DNA of 64,000 nt from Armatimonadota bacterium (GCA_037444405.1 JBBIML010000007.1:180674-244673), one strand, 5' to 3'; shown: positions 42,285-52,197, numbered from the stretch's first letter. The notes: generated from the sequence alone by a model not told the origin. Program-made: numbers and translations.

Positions 42285-43166
42285 CTACGCGCCGATGCCC
42301 GACACGCCATGCACCCAGTAGGTGCAATGCTCGCTGCCGTTGGGCAGGCGGAGACGCAGGCGGAAATCGGGTTCCACCTGAAGCGCAACGCCCACAGGCT
42401 GCTGGGGCAGGTCCAGCACCTGATAGGGGCGACCTGCGGAGGCGTCGCGTGCCCGCCAGATCGCGTGGATTCGTTGCGTACCCGCCTGCATAAAATCGGC
42501 GACGAGCGCGTGCAGGCGTGCGGCAATCTCTTCAATCAGGCGCGTGCGTACCTCACGAGAGGAGATTGAATCTCCCTCCTCACCCGTACCCTTTCCCCCA
42601 GGGGGGGAGAGGGCTTCAGCGACTCGTTCGCCTTCTCCCCCGCTGGGCAAGAGGGGCTCGGAAACCCCCTCGCCCACAGCGTGGGAGAGGGGGCAGGGGG
42701 GTGAGCGGCTACCTCCGTATGTAATCGCCTGCCAGACCGAGATTGCGCTCGCCTGAAGCGGTTCAGGGAACTCGCGTTGCGCCAGATTGATGCCGAGACC
42801 CACCACCGCCACATTCTCTGCAATCTCCACCAGAATCCCGCCCAGCTTGCGACCATGCACCACCAGATCGTTGGGATACTTGAGCTGTACCTGCAGGGCG
42901 GGAAAGAGCCGCTCCAGCGATTCGGCGGCTGCAATCGCCGTCATCACGCCGATCAGCCCTGGCGGGTCGGGCAGCGGCGCATCCCACAGGATGAACGAGA
43001 CCAGCAGGCTGGTGCCTGGTTCGTCGTGCCAGTGGGCGCCGCGTCGCCCGCGCCCTGCCGTCTGATGCTCGGCGCATACGGCGTCCCACGCCCGCTCGCC
43101 CCGCTGCACCAGCTCTATCGCCACCCGCTGCGTGCTGTCCACCTCATCCAGAAACAGAATCCGCAT
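42285..43166 (-). CDS. birA: Biotin-protein ligase (no HTH) with internal repeat-derived insertion
   Basis: EHQTAGRGRRG, LKYPNDL, KLGGIL, GLGINL. Confidence 0.92.
   Translation of the reverse strand: MRILFLDEVDSTQRVAIELVQRGERAWDAVCAEHQTAGRGRRGAHWHDEPGTSLLVSFILWDAPLPDPPGLIGVMTAIAAAESLERLFPALQVQLKYPNDLVVHGRKLGGILVEIAENVAVVGLGINLAQREFPEPLQASAISVWQAITYGGSRSPPCPLSHAVGEGVSEPLLPSGGEGERVAEALSPPGGKGTGEEGDSISSREVRTRLIEEIAARLHALVADFMQAGTQRIHAIWRARDASAGRPYQVLDLPQQPVGVALQVEPDFRLRLRLPNGSEHCTYWVHGVSGIGA
42574..42706. repeat. Three CCCTCTCCC-family palindromes in-frame within birA
   Basis: ccctttccccc-a-gggggggagaggg; ccttctcccccgctgggcaagagggg; ccccctcgcccacagcgtgggagagggg. Confidence 0.8.
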
Positions 43167-43308
43167 CCGCCCCGATTTTACCAAACCTTAACGGGGCTTA
43201 ACCCCGCCTTAAAGCGAGCGACTGTATGCTACAGGTGTCATCGCTGGCGGCAGATTTTCTGCAGCCTCGTCCTCTCCCCTATGCCTGCGCGAGGGAAAAG
43301 ATGCAATC

Positions 43309-43344
43309 CGCCGCACGGCACTCGCCCCGTGCGGCGATTTTTTT
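43309..43344 (+). terminator. Intrinsic terminator in the leader of the Fe-S oxidoreductase gene
   Basis: CGCCGCACGG-8 nt-CCGTGCGGCG followed by ATTTTTTT. Confidence 0.8.
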
Positions 43345-43413
43345 CAGCAGGCAGGATTCTGACCGCACGCCCCGAAAATTAACCCATCGTTCGAGGATGA
43401 TGGGGTGTTCGGT

Positions 43414-45468
43414 ATGGAATGGAGCTGGGACGAGATTACGCGCCAGACCTATATCGGGCTGACATCGATTGAGAAGGTGCTGTTTTATCTGTTGATGTTC
43501 GCCTCGCTGGGCGTGAGCGTCTGGTGGTACTGGAGCCGTCTGCGCCTCTGGCGGCAGGGCAAGCCGGACGAAGCCCAGCAGCCGTTCCGACAGCGCGTCT
43601 GGCAGATGCTGGCGTATGCTTTTGGACAGAAGAAGGTGCCTCGCCACCGCTTCGCGGCTATTTTCCACCTGCCGCTGTTTGTGGGCTTCGTGATTTTAAC
43701 GATCGGCACCACCCTGCTGGCGATTGCCGAGTGGACAGAGATTGGCACGGGCATCTTCATGAAGGAGGGCATCTGGTTCCACAAGGGGTTGTATTTCATT
43801 CTCTACGAGGTGACGCTCGATCTGTTCGGGCTGGGGGTGATTTTCGGGTGTGTGCTGGCGCTGTGGCGGCGGCAGGTGCAGCGTCCGCCATCGGTGAGCC
43901 ATCATCCGCTGGACGCGCTGTCGGTGTGGCTGCTGCTACTGATTGCACTCACGGGCTATGTGCTGGAGGCGGCGCGCATCGCGCTGGAGCGCAATCCCGC
44001 GTTTATGAACCCGCCGCGCCCCGATTATGCGCAGGTGTGGTCGTTCGTGGGCTACGCGCTGGCGCCTGCCTTTGAGGGCATCTCGGTGGGCGTGTACAAG
44101 TTCTGGTGGTGGCTGCACGCGGTGCTGGTCGCGGCGTGGTTCGCCTCGCTGGCATTCAATCGTGTGCGCCACCTGTTCATGGCGCCTGTGGTGGCGTATT
44201 ACAAGCCGAACTACCTGCCGAATGTGCCCGCCATCGAGAGCATCGAGCAGGTGGAACAAACGGGCAAGATGGGTGTGAATGCGCTGAGCGACTTCTCGCG
44301 CTGGCACCTGATGAGCCTGGACGCCTGCATGGGGTGCGGGCGCTGTGAGCGGGTATGCCCCGCCCACGCCACAGGCAAGCCGCTGAACCCCAAGCGCATC
44401 GTGGAGAAGCTGCGCGAGGCGATGGAGCGCGGCGATGGAAGCGACCTGACAAAGGTCATCAGCGATGAGGAGCTGTTCGCCTGCACGACCTGCGGCGCGT
44501 GCAATAACGAGTGCCCCGTGCTGATTGAGCATCCGACGCTGATTATGGAGATGCGCCGCTATCGGGTGGCAGAGGGCAACCTGCGCGGCACGGCAGCAGG
44601 CACTTTGCAGCGCATCGGCACGCAATCGAACCCGTGGGGGCTGCCGCTTGCCGAACGCACCCACTGGGCGCAGGGGCTGAATGTGCCACTCGCCCGTGAG
44701 AACCCGAACTTCGAACTGCTCTTCTGGGTTGGCTGCGCTGGGGCTTACGACTCGCGCGGTCAGCAGGTCGCCCGCGCGATTGTCAGGCTGCTTCAGATGG
44801 CGGGCGTAAACTTCGCCATTCTGGGACCTGAGGAGCGCTGCACGGGTGACACCCCGCGCCGACTGGGTGAAGACCTGCTCTTCCAGGATTTAGCCCAGCA
44901 GAACATTCAGACGCTGAACCGCTATCAGCCGAAGCGCATCATGACGATGTGCCCGCACTGCCTGCACACGCTCAAGCACGAGTATCGCAAGCTGGGCGGC
45001 GTGTACGAGGTGGTTCACCATTCGCAGGTGCTGGCGGAGCTGATTCAGCGGGGTCGGCTGCCGCGCCCTGCGCCGATGCCCGATAGCACGCTCGCCTTCC
45101 ATGATCCATGTTATCTGGCGCGTGTGAACAAAATCCATGATGCGCCCCGTGCGTTGCTGGAGGCGTCCGGGGCGAGCCTCGCCGAGCCAGAGCGCGCCCG
45201 CGAGCGCACCTTCTGCTGCGGCGCAGGCGGCGGACGCATGTGGATGGACGAAGTGCCCGAACAGCGCCCTGGCATCATTCGCGCCGAGGAGCTGCTCAAA
45301 ACGGGCGCTCGTACCGTCGCCGTCGGCTGCCCCTTCTGCATGATTATGGTCTCCGACAGCATCAAGCAAAAAGACGACCGCGTTCCCGTCAAAGACATCG
45401 CCGAAATCCTGCTGGAGCGCATCGAGGCGGGTATGACCGTCGCTGAGACCGCCGCGCCCCATGCCTGA
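43414..45468 (+). CDS. Membrane Fe-S oxidoreductase (FadF/HdrD-like: TM domain, 2x4Fe-4S, CCG domains)
   Basis: CMGCGRCERVCP, CTTCGACNNECP, VGC, CPHC, HDPCY, CCGAGG, CPFC. Confidence 0.92.
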   Translation: MEWSWDEITRQTYIGLTSIEKVLFYLLMFASLGVSVWWYWSRLRLWRQGKPDEAQQPFRQRVWQMLAYAFGQKKVPRHRFAAIFHLPLFVGFVILTIGTTLLAIAEWTEIGTGIFMKEGIWFHKGLYFILYEVTLDLFGLGVIFGCVLALWRRQVQRPPSVSHHPLDALSVWLLLLIALTGYVLEAARIALERNPAFMNPPRPDYAQVWSFVGYALAPAFEGISVGVYKFWWWLHAVLVAAWFASLAFNRVRHLFMAPVVAYYKPNYLPNVPAIESIEQVEQTGKMGVNALSDFSRWHLMSLDACMGCGRCERVCPAHATGKPLNPKRIVEKLREAMERGDGSDLTKVISDEELFACTTCGACNNECPVLIEHPTLIMEMRRYRVAEGNLRGTAAGTLQRIGTQSNPWGLPLAERTHWAQGLNVPLARENPNFELLFWVGCAGAYDSRGQQVARAIVRLLQMAGVNFAILGPEERCTGDTPRRLGEDLLFQDLAQQNIQTLNRYQPKRIMTMCPHCLHTLKHEYRKLGGVYEVVHHSQVLAELIQRGRLPRPAPMPDSTLAFHDPCYLARVNKIHDAPRALLEASGASLAEPERARERTFCCGAGGGRMWMDEVPEQRPGIIRAEELLKTGARTVAVGCPFCMIMVSDSIKQKDDRVPVKDIAEILLERIEAGMTVAETAAPHA

Positions 45469-45483
45469 TGCAACGGGTATTAT

Positions 45484-45680
45484 ATGTGGGCTTGGAGGCT
45501 GAGGGCAATGATTGAAAAAGTCCGATATCTGGTCAAAGCCTATCTTAGTTCACAAGCTGATTTGCTGATAACGACCGATAACCCTCTCATCGGAGCGCTG
45601 AGTAAACATGGCGTTATATGCCAGCACAGAGACGATTTTCTATCTGAATATCTGGGAGCAGCTCAAGATGCTGAGTCTCT
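45484..45680 (+). pseudogene. Low-GC PIN-like toxin C-terminal fragment
   Basis: YLVKAYLSSQADLLITTDNPL resembles a PIN C-terminal motif; N-terminal half absent; AT-rich. Confidence 0.4.
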
Positions 45681-45684
45681 GGAG

Positions 45685-45729
45685 ACCCCCTCTCCCGAAG
45701 CTTCGGGAGAGGGGGTAAGGGGATGAGGG
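45685..45729. repeat. Palindromic element, CCCTCTCCC family
   Basis: accccctctcccgaagcttcgggagagggggt perfect inverted repeat. Confidence 0.85.
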
Positions 45730-47256
45730 CTAACAGCCGTTGCCGAAGTTGAATAGCACTGTCAGAAGGTCGGCGTCGTCGATGATGCCATCGCCGTTGA
45801 GGTCGTAGCGTGGATCGTTGTTGCCGAAGTTGAACAGGATAGTCAGCAGGTCGGCGTCATCCACGCAGCCGTTGCCGTCTATATCCCCTGTGGGCAGCGT
45901 GGTGGTCTGCAGGCGCAGCTCGTAGCGTTGCACATCGTTCGTCGAGCCGCTCCCGGAGAACACCCGCACATAGAAGGTGCCACCTGCAGGATATAGCACG
46001 AAGTTGGATATCTGTTCCGCAACGCCCACGCCGTTCGATGTTGCCGATGCCAGGATGGTTCCCGAAGAATTTCTCAGTTCCACCTGAAGGTTCTGGATGG
46101 CGCGGGTGTTGATGGTGGTTGCTGTTCCCCCCTCAGGACCCACCTGATAGGTGGAGCCAATCGGGGTCACGGTGATGGTGATTTTTCGGCTGGCAGGCAC
46201 CTCCAGGCGATAATAGTCCACATCGGCGGTGCGATCCAAGCTCGCCATCCCGAACACCACCAGATTGGTGTTGGTCAGATCAGCGAGTGTCGCCTGCGAA
46301 ACGGAGTTGTTCAGTTCGTAGGGGTCGCCATAGAGTCGCTGACCGCCCCGAATGTCGTCATCCTGCGGACCGTCGAAGTTGGTGTTCAGGTACGGTTCCA
46401 TCAGCTTGGTGCGGTCGGTCGGGATCACATGGAGCAGACCCAGCCCGTGTCCATGCTCGTGCATCACGGTGTTGCGCAGGAAGCGGTAGGTGCCGCTACT
46501 GCTTTGCCAGTTTTCGCTGGTGTCCAGCACCATGTCGCCTGTGTTCGGCAAGTAGTTGAAAGCCAGCACGCCGTTGACCCCATCGAGATTGCGCCCGCCG
46601 ATTCGCACATCGCCGCGCGGTGCGGTCGCGGAGCCAGGTGAGTTCGGGAAGGCAGCGCCATCGTCGCCTACCTCCTCATAGCGGACACCTGCAACCTGTG
46701 ACCAGCGGTTGAAACTGTTGCGGAACTGGTTCTGCCAGAGGGTGGTGTTGCCGCCGAACTTGCTGTTCATGCTGGCAATCAGGTTGCTGGGCGCGGTGCT
46801 ACCCGAAAGACCGGGCACAGGCGTGCCATCAGGCACAAAGCTCCAGCGCAGGCGGATCGGGGTGCCCTGCGAACCGGTGCTGCCATACGAGGTAGACGAC
46901 CAGCGACCACCTATGTTGTAGGCAGGGTCAAAGTCGCCGAACAGTTGGCGCCAGACATAGCGCATGTACCACTCCGGCGTGCCCGGTGCGAAGCACACAT
47001 GCATCGGCAGCCCCTCGCGATTGATGCCCTCGATGCAACAGCTACCGACGCCCCCTACGCCCGCGAGCGACTCAATAAGAGCGTGGCGAGCTGCCAGAAA
47101 GTCCGATTGGAACAGCCCGGTCGGCTGTTCCCAGCCCCAGACGGGCTTCCATTGAGTTGAAGGATTCAGGCTCAGCGGCTCGAACAGGTCGGCGCGTGCC
47201 ATGCCGACCATTAAAACGACCGTCAGAATACCCAGAAGCCGTTCGAATCGTCTCAT
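45730..47256 (-). CDS. Secreted matrixin-like zinc metalloprotease with dockerin-like tail ending FGNGC
   Basis: HEHGHGLGLLH zincin motif, LMEP Met-turn, GDIDGNGCVDDADLL...FGNGC*. Confidence 0.9.
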   Translation of the reverse strand: MRRFERLLGILTVVLMVGMARADLFEPLSLNPSTQWKPVWGWEQPTGLFQSDFLAARHALIESLAGVGGVGSCCIEGINREGLPMHVCFAPGTPEWYMRYVWRQLFGDFDPAYNIGGRWSSTSYGSTGSQGTPIRLRWSFVPDGTPVPGLSGSTAPSNLIASMNSKFGGNTTLWQNQFRNSFNRWSQVAGVRYEEVGDDGAAFPNSPGSATAPRGDVRIGGRNLDGVNGVLAFNYLPNTGDMVLDTSENWQSSSGTYRFLRNTVMHEHGHGLGLLHVIPTDRTKLMEPYLNTNFDGPQDDDIRGGQRLYGDPYELNNSVSQATLADLTNTNLVVFGMASLDRTADVDYYRLEVPASRKITITVTPIGSTYQVGPEGGTATTINTRAIQNLQVELRNSSGTILASATSNGVGVAEQISNFVLYPAGGTFYVRVFSGSGSTNDVQRYELRLQTTTLPTGDIDGNGCVDDADLLTILFNFGNNDPRYDLNGDGIIDDADLLTVLFNFGNGC

Positions 47257-47368
47257 ATTTGCCTCCTTCCTTGCGACCTGATGATGGCTTCACCGCCATC
47301 AGGTCTGCCCTATTATACCACAGTTGCAAACCCGCTGCGTCGAATAGGGTATACTGGATAGGAGCGAC

Positions 47369-48113
47369 TATGCGAGCAGAGCTGAGACCGGCGGATCGGA
47401 TGCGGCAGGCGCTGATGGCACACCTGGACCATGAGGGTGTGCAGACTCTGATAGAGTCGGCAGCGACCTGCGATGAAGCCAGCGATTATCTGCAAAATGG
47501 CGACTACGAGTTCGCTCTTCAGACCGCTTTGCCCCTGGTGCTACTGGGTCCACCTGTGATTGCCGAGCGCGCCCGCGAGATTGCCATCGCCGCTCTGGAT
47601 CATCTGACCGATCGAGCGTTGCAGAGTGGCATGCCGCAGCGCGCGCTGGAGTACCTCCAGCAGTGGCTGCGTCTGGAGCCGCAGGCGCTCTACCCGATGG
47701 TGCGCCGCGCCGAAATCCTGCAGTTTGAGCTGGGCGACCACGACGCGGCGTGGACCGCCTACCTGCAGGTGCTGCGCCACCACCCGAACAACATCGAGGC
47801 GCTGGTCGGGCTGGCAGAGCTGTCGCTGATGGAGGGCAATCCTGAGCGGGCGTACCCCTATGTGCTGCGGGCATGGCAGGCGCTGGCAAGCTCCGAGTGG
47901 GCGTACACACCCTCCGTGCGAACCTTCACCGCCCTCTTTGAGGGGCTGTACGATGTAACGGCAGGCGTGCTGGCGTGGCTCGGCGCACCCGAAGAATCGG
48001 AACGCCTGCTCGAAGAGGCGATTCGCCGCCTGGGTGGCAGCGACGCGCTCGCACGCCGACTCAAAAGCCTGCGTGAACTCCTCTACGACGATGAAAACGA
48101 CGAAAACCCCTGA
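47369..48113 (+). CDS. TPR-containing protein
   Basis: AWTAYLQVLRHHPNNIEALVGLAEL; TATACT promoter and GGAG RBS. Confidence 0.75.
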
Positions 48114-48229
48114 TCCAGGGGGCGAAACTGGCAATCTTGCGGGTGTAAGCGAAAGGACAACTGGCGTATCATAAAGAGGAGCCATCTGGGGAGATGCCAA
48201 ATCGCGCCCCATGCGTCTCCACACACTGA

Positions 48230-49066
48230 GTGGACAGGGGGAAGATTCGTTTGCGACTGTTGGCGATTGCTTTATCGGCTCTCTTTTTGCTGCCGATGAC
48301 CGTCGGGGAGAGTGCGCTCGTACCCTCGAAACCGCGCCCTGCGCCGCGTTCCGTCACGGCATCGTACCACAAGGTGCTGGGAGTCCCTGTGCGGGTCATC
48401 ACGGTGGATCTCAATAACCCGCAGGTGCGGGTGGGCGTTGTGACGGCGCAGCGGATAGGCGCGGCGGAACCAATCTGGACCTTGCTGGCACGCGCCCGCC
48501 CGACCGCCGCCGTCACGGGCACTTACTTCAGCACGCGCTCCAAGCTCCCTATTGGCGATATTGTGATTGAGGGCGAGCGCGTGCATTTTGGCGGGCTGGG
48601 CACCGCGCTCTGCATCACCTATGATAATCAGGTGCGTTTCATACGCCCGCCCCGCCATCGGCAGGTGAGCTGGCGCGACTATCGGCTGGTGCTGGGCGCG
48701 GGACCGCGCCTGCTGCAAAATGGCAGGCTTGCGCTCTACCCGCCTGGCGAAGGCTTTCGCGACCCGCGTGTGTATGCCGCTGTGCCACGCACCGCGGTGG
48801 GCGTCACACGCCATAACAAGCTGCTCATGGTGGTCATCACACGCCCTGTGAGCCTGCGCACGCTGGCGAAGATTATGCAGCGGCTCGGCGCGACGGACGC
48901 GATCGCGCTCGATGGCGGCTTATCGACCAGCTTCTACTATCGGCGGAAGCTCTCGGTGGTGCCCGGACGCCGGCTCACCAATCTGCTGGTGGTCTACGAG
49001 AACAGCGCCGATTATGAGAGCGCGCTGTCGCGTCTCAAGCCCACGCGTCGCTACGCCAGTCGCTAA
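48230..49066 (+). CDS. Phosphodiester glycosidase (NAGPA/DUF2233) family protein
   Basis: GAGPRLL, PRTAVG, AIALDGGLS. Confidence 0.85.
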   Translation: MDRGKIRLRLLAIALSALFLLPMTVGESALVPSKPRPAPRSVTASYHKVLGVPVRVITVDLNNPQVRVGVVTAQRIGAAEPIWTLLARARPTAAVTGTYFSTRSKLPIGDIVIEGERVHFGGLGTALCITYDNQVRFIRPPRHRQVSWRDYRLVLGAGPRLLQNGRLALYPPGEGFRDPRVYAAVPRTAVGVTRHNKLLMVVITRPVSLRTLAKIMQRLGATDAIALDGGLSTSFYYRRKLSVVPGRRLTNLLVVYENSADYESALSRLKPTRRYASR

Positions 49067-50283
49067 GCCCAGTCTGATTGACGATACTGCTGCCACACGC
49101 GGCGGTAGACCTCGCGCGTCTGGCGGGCGATTCGCGCCCAGTTGAACGCGCGTTGCACCAGTCGCTGTGCCCGCGCCGCGCGCTGTTGCGCCTCGCGGGG
49201 GTGCTGCAACACGCGCAGGATGCCCCATGCCAGGCTCTCGGCGTTGCCCGCCCAGGTGATAATCCCCGTGCGCTCGTGCTGAACCACCTCTTTCAGCCCG
49301 CCCGCGTCGGACACCACCACAGGCACGCCCGCCGCCATCGCCTCCAGCGCCACAATCCCGAACGGCTCGTATAAACTGGGATAGACCGCCACATCCGCCA
49401 CCCGATAGAGACGCAGTAAATCCTCATCGGGAATAAAACCCGTGAAGTGGACGCTCGGCTCCATACGCAGGAATCGCACGAACGCCTCCAGATGTGCGCG
49501 CGACCCACCGCCTGCAATCACCAGCTTCGCCTCTGGCACATACGCCTTCACCTGCGGGAACGCCTGCAGCAGCACCTGCACGCCCTTCTCGCGTACCATG
49601 CGCCCCACAAAAAAGATGATGGGCTGATTCGGCTCGGCGAAACGCGCGCGAAACGCGGCACGCTCCGATTCGGGGAACTCAAACGCGAACTTCTCGGCGC
49701 GGATGCCGTTAGGGATCACATCGAGCTTATCGGCAGGCACGCTCAATACGCGCTGAACTTCCTCCCGCATGAAGTGGCTGCACACAATCACGCGCCACGC
49801 CTCGTAGCAAAGCTGCCACTCGTGATGGCTGATGGTGCGCGATAGCTCGCTGTGGAGTCCGCCGTGCCGCCCATGCTCGGTGGCGTGGATGGTGGCAATC
49901 AGTGGCAGTTTGAACTGGTGTTTGAGCGCGCGGGCAGCGGGTTCCACCAGCCAGTCGTGTGCGTGGATGAGCATGGGTTGTCGGGCGCGTCGCCGTGTCG
50001 AACCGCGCCACTCGCGCAGCAGTTGCTCGCCCCGCGCCGCCATCGCTGCGTTCAGCGCATAGACCCATCCCAGAAAGTCGCTCCCTGCCATCGGCGGCGC
50101 ATCCACCCGATGCAGATGCACGCCGTTTTCCACCGATTCGGGCGGCGCGTCGGGATGACCCGCGGTAATGACATGCACCGCCACGCCCAGACCCGTCAGT
50201 GCCTCCGACAGCTCCTGTACATGGCGGGCAATCCCACCCACAATACGCGGCGGATATTCCCATGAAAGCATCAGGATATTCAT
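49063..50283 (-). CDS. GT4 glycosyltransferase (glycogen synthase-like)
   Basis: LSWEYPPRIVGG, HAHDW, PSLYEPFGIVALEAMA. Confidence 0.92.
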   Translation of the reverse strand: MNILMLSWEYPPRIVGGIARHVQELSEALTGLGVAVHVITAGHPDAPPESVENGVHLHRVDAPPMAGSDFLGWVYALNAAMAARGEQLLREWRGSTRRRARQPMLIHAHDWLVEPAARALKHQFKLPLIATIHATEHGRHGGLHSELSRTISHHEWQLCYEAWRVIVCSHFMREEVQRVLSVPADKLDVIPNGIRAEKFAFEFPESERAAFRARFAEPNQPIIFFVGRMVREKGVQVLLQAFPQVKAYVPEAKLVIAGGGSRAHLEAFVRFLRMEPSVHFTGFIPDEDLLRLYRVADVAVYPSLYEPFGIVALEAMAAGVPVVVSDAGGLKEVVQHERTGIITWAGNAESLAWGILRVLQHPREAQQRAARAQRLVQRAFNWARIARQTREVYRRVWQQYRQSDWA

Positions 50284-50395
50284 GGCGCTGAAGAAACGCT
50301 TTTGCACCACCCCAGACACAGGTATCAAGTAGCACCTTCATCGGTTAACTCCACAGGAGCTGCTCCTCGTCGACGCGCGTAATTGCCATCTCCAT
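50278..50395 (-). pseudogene. Remnant of a DUF433/DUF5615-type toxin-antitoxin pair
   Basis: 16-codon MEMAITRVDEEQLLWS* followed by MKVLLDTCVWGGAKAFLQ (PIN-like DUF5615 start), then runs out of frame into the GT4 gene. Confidence 0.5.
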
Positions 50396-50439
50396 CGCCT
50401 CCGAGTCAAGGATACCCCAAGCAGATAGGGCGAGCAGGG

Positions 50440-51402
50440 TCATATCGCCATCATTGTTGCGATTTCCAGCTTGCGGGCGTCGACGGTTCGGGTCGCCATC
50501 CGCACATAGTCGATGGGCACGGTGATGAGGCGTCCGCCCTCAATGCCCACCATCTCGTCGGTGTTGCCCTGCAGCAGGCGCTCGACGGCAAGCACGCCGA
50601 ACTGGGTCGCCAGCACCCTGTCGAACGCCGTGGGCGAGCCGCCCCGCTGCATATGTCCCAGCACCAGCGCGCGGATATGGTAGGGCGTGTGGCTCTCCAG
50701 AAACTTTTGCACATCGGCGGCTCGTACTGCGCCCTCCGCCACCACGATAATGCTGGAATGCTTGCCCCGCTGGTAGCTCTCGTCCAGGCGCCGAAGCAGG
50801 TCTGCCAGATTGTAGGGCACTTCGGGGATCAGAATCGCCTCCGCGCCGCCTGCCAGCCCCACCTCCAGCGCGATGAAGCCATTATGCCGACCCATCACCT
50901 CAATCACGAACACGCGCTCGTGCGAATAGGCGGTGTCGCGAATCTTGTCGATCGCCTCCAGCGCGGTGTTGACCGCCGTGTCGAAGCCGATGCTGTAGTC
51001 GGTGCCGGGAATGTCGTTATCGATGGTGGCGGGGATGCCGATGACCCTGATGTTGGTGTGCTGGCGGAGGGCGACCGCGCCGCGCATGGAGCCGTCGCCG
51101 CCAATCACCACCAGCCCTTCGATGCCGTGCTGGGACAATATCCCGGCGGCGCGTTGCAGACCCGCTTCGGTGCGGAACTCCTCGCTGCGGGCGGTGCGCA
51201 AAATCGTGCCGCCCCGATTGATGATGCCGCCGACCGACACGCTGCTCATCGGCTCGATTTCGCCTTCGAGCAGACCCGCGTAGCCGCGCCGAATGCCGTA
51301 CACTTCCAGCCCGTGAAAGAGCGCGGCGCGCACCACCGCACGAATGGCAGCGTTCATGCCCGGCGCGTCGCCCCCGCTGGTCAGCACCCCGATGCGTTTC
51401 AT
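50440..51402 (-). CDS. pfkA: 6-phosphofructokinase
   Basis: TSGGDAPGMN, GGDGS, TIDND, EVMGR, GHMQRGG. Confidence 0.97.
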   Translation of the reverse strand: MKRIGVLTSGGDAPGMNAAIRAVVRAALFHGLEVYGIRRGYAGLLEGEIEPMSSVSVGGIINRGGTILRTARSEEFRTEAGLQRAAGILSQHGIEGLVVIGGDGSMRGAVALRQHTNIRVIGIPATIDNDIPGTDYSIGFDTAVNTALEAIDKIRDTAYSHERVFVIEVMGRHNGFIALEVGLAGGAEAILIPEVPYNLADLLRRLDESYQRGKHSSIIVVAEGAVRAADVQKFLESHTPYHIRALVLGHMQRGGSPTAFDRVLATQFGVLAVERLLQGNTDEMVGIEGGRLITVPIDYVRMATRTVDARKLEIATMMAI

Positions 51403-51420
51403 CCGTGCAGTTGTCCTCCT

Positions 51421-52197
51421 CTACTCGCTGATGGCGAAGTTCGGCTTGCGCTTCTCCAGAAAGGCGCGAATGCCTTCCTGACCTTCGGGGCTGACCCGCA
51501 GCTCGGCGATGCGAGCCACGGTCAGCGAGCGCAGCTCATCGATGGGCAGGGTCTGCGTGGCGTTCAATAGCATTTTGGCGGACGCCATCGCCTGCGGACC
51601 GTTCTGCAGCAAGCCGCGAATCACCTGCTGCACCGCATCGTCCAGCTGCTCGGCGGGCGCTATGCGGTGAACCAGCCCGATGCGCAGGGCGGTCTCGGCG
51701 TCGAACCGCTCGCCCGTGAGGAACAGGGCGCGCGCGTGTCCGTAGCCGATTTTGCGCACCACATAGGGCGCAATCACGGCGGGGATCAGCCCCAGCTTCA
51801 CCTCGCTGAAGGCGAACCGCGCCTCCGGCGAGGCAATCGCAATATCACACACGGCGACCAGCCCCACGCCGCCGCCCATCGCCGCGCCGTGAACCCGCGC
51901 AATCACGGGCTTCGGGCAGTGGTCGATCACCTCGAACATGCGCGCCAGCGCCCGCGCATCGTCCAGATTCTGCGCATAGGTGTAGTTCGCGATGGCGCCC
52001 ATCCAGTGGAGGTCGGCGCCCGCGCAAAACGACGCGCCCTCCGCCCGCAGCACCACCACCCGCACATCGTCCCGCTCACGCACCTGCTCAAAGGTCTCGG
52101 TCAGGCGCGCTACCAGCTCCGCGTTGAAGGCGTTATGCACTTCGGGGCGGTTCAGCACCACCTGCGCCACCCAGTCGGCTATCTTCAGCTCCAGCAT
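51421..52197 (-). CDS. Enoyl-CoA hydratase family (methylglutaconyl-CoA hydratase-like)
   Basis: LNRPEVHNAFN, FCAGADL, GGGVGL, SEVKLGLIPAVI. Confidence 0.9.
   Translation of the reverse strand: MLELKIADWVAQVVLNRPEVHNAFNAELVARLTETFEQVRERDDVRVVVLRAEGASFCAGADLHWMGAIANYTYAQNLDDARALARMFEVIDHCPKPVIARVHGAAMGGGVGLVAVCDIAIASPEARFAFSEVKLGLIPAVIAPYVVRKIGYGHARALFLTGERFDAETALRIGLVHRIAPAEQLDDAVQQVIRGLLQNGPQAMASAKMLLNATQTLPIDELRSLTVARIAELRVSPEGQEGIRAFLEKRKPNFAISE

Noticed and set aside
43188..43212. Biotin operator upstream of birA
   Set aside because: The palindrome does not match bioO and this BirA lacks the DNA-binding HTH
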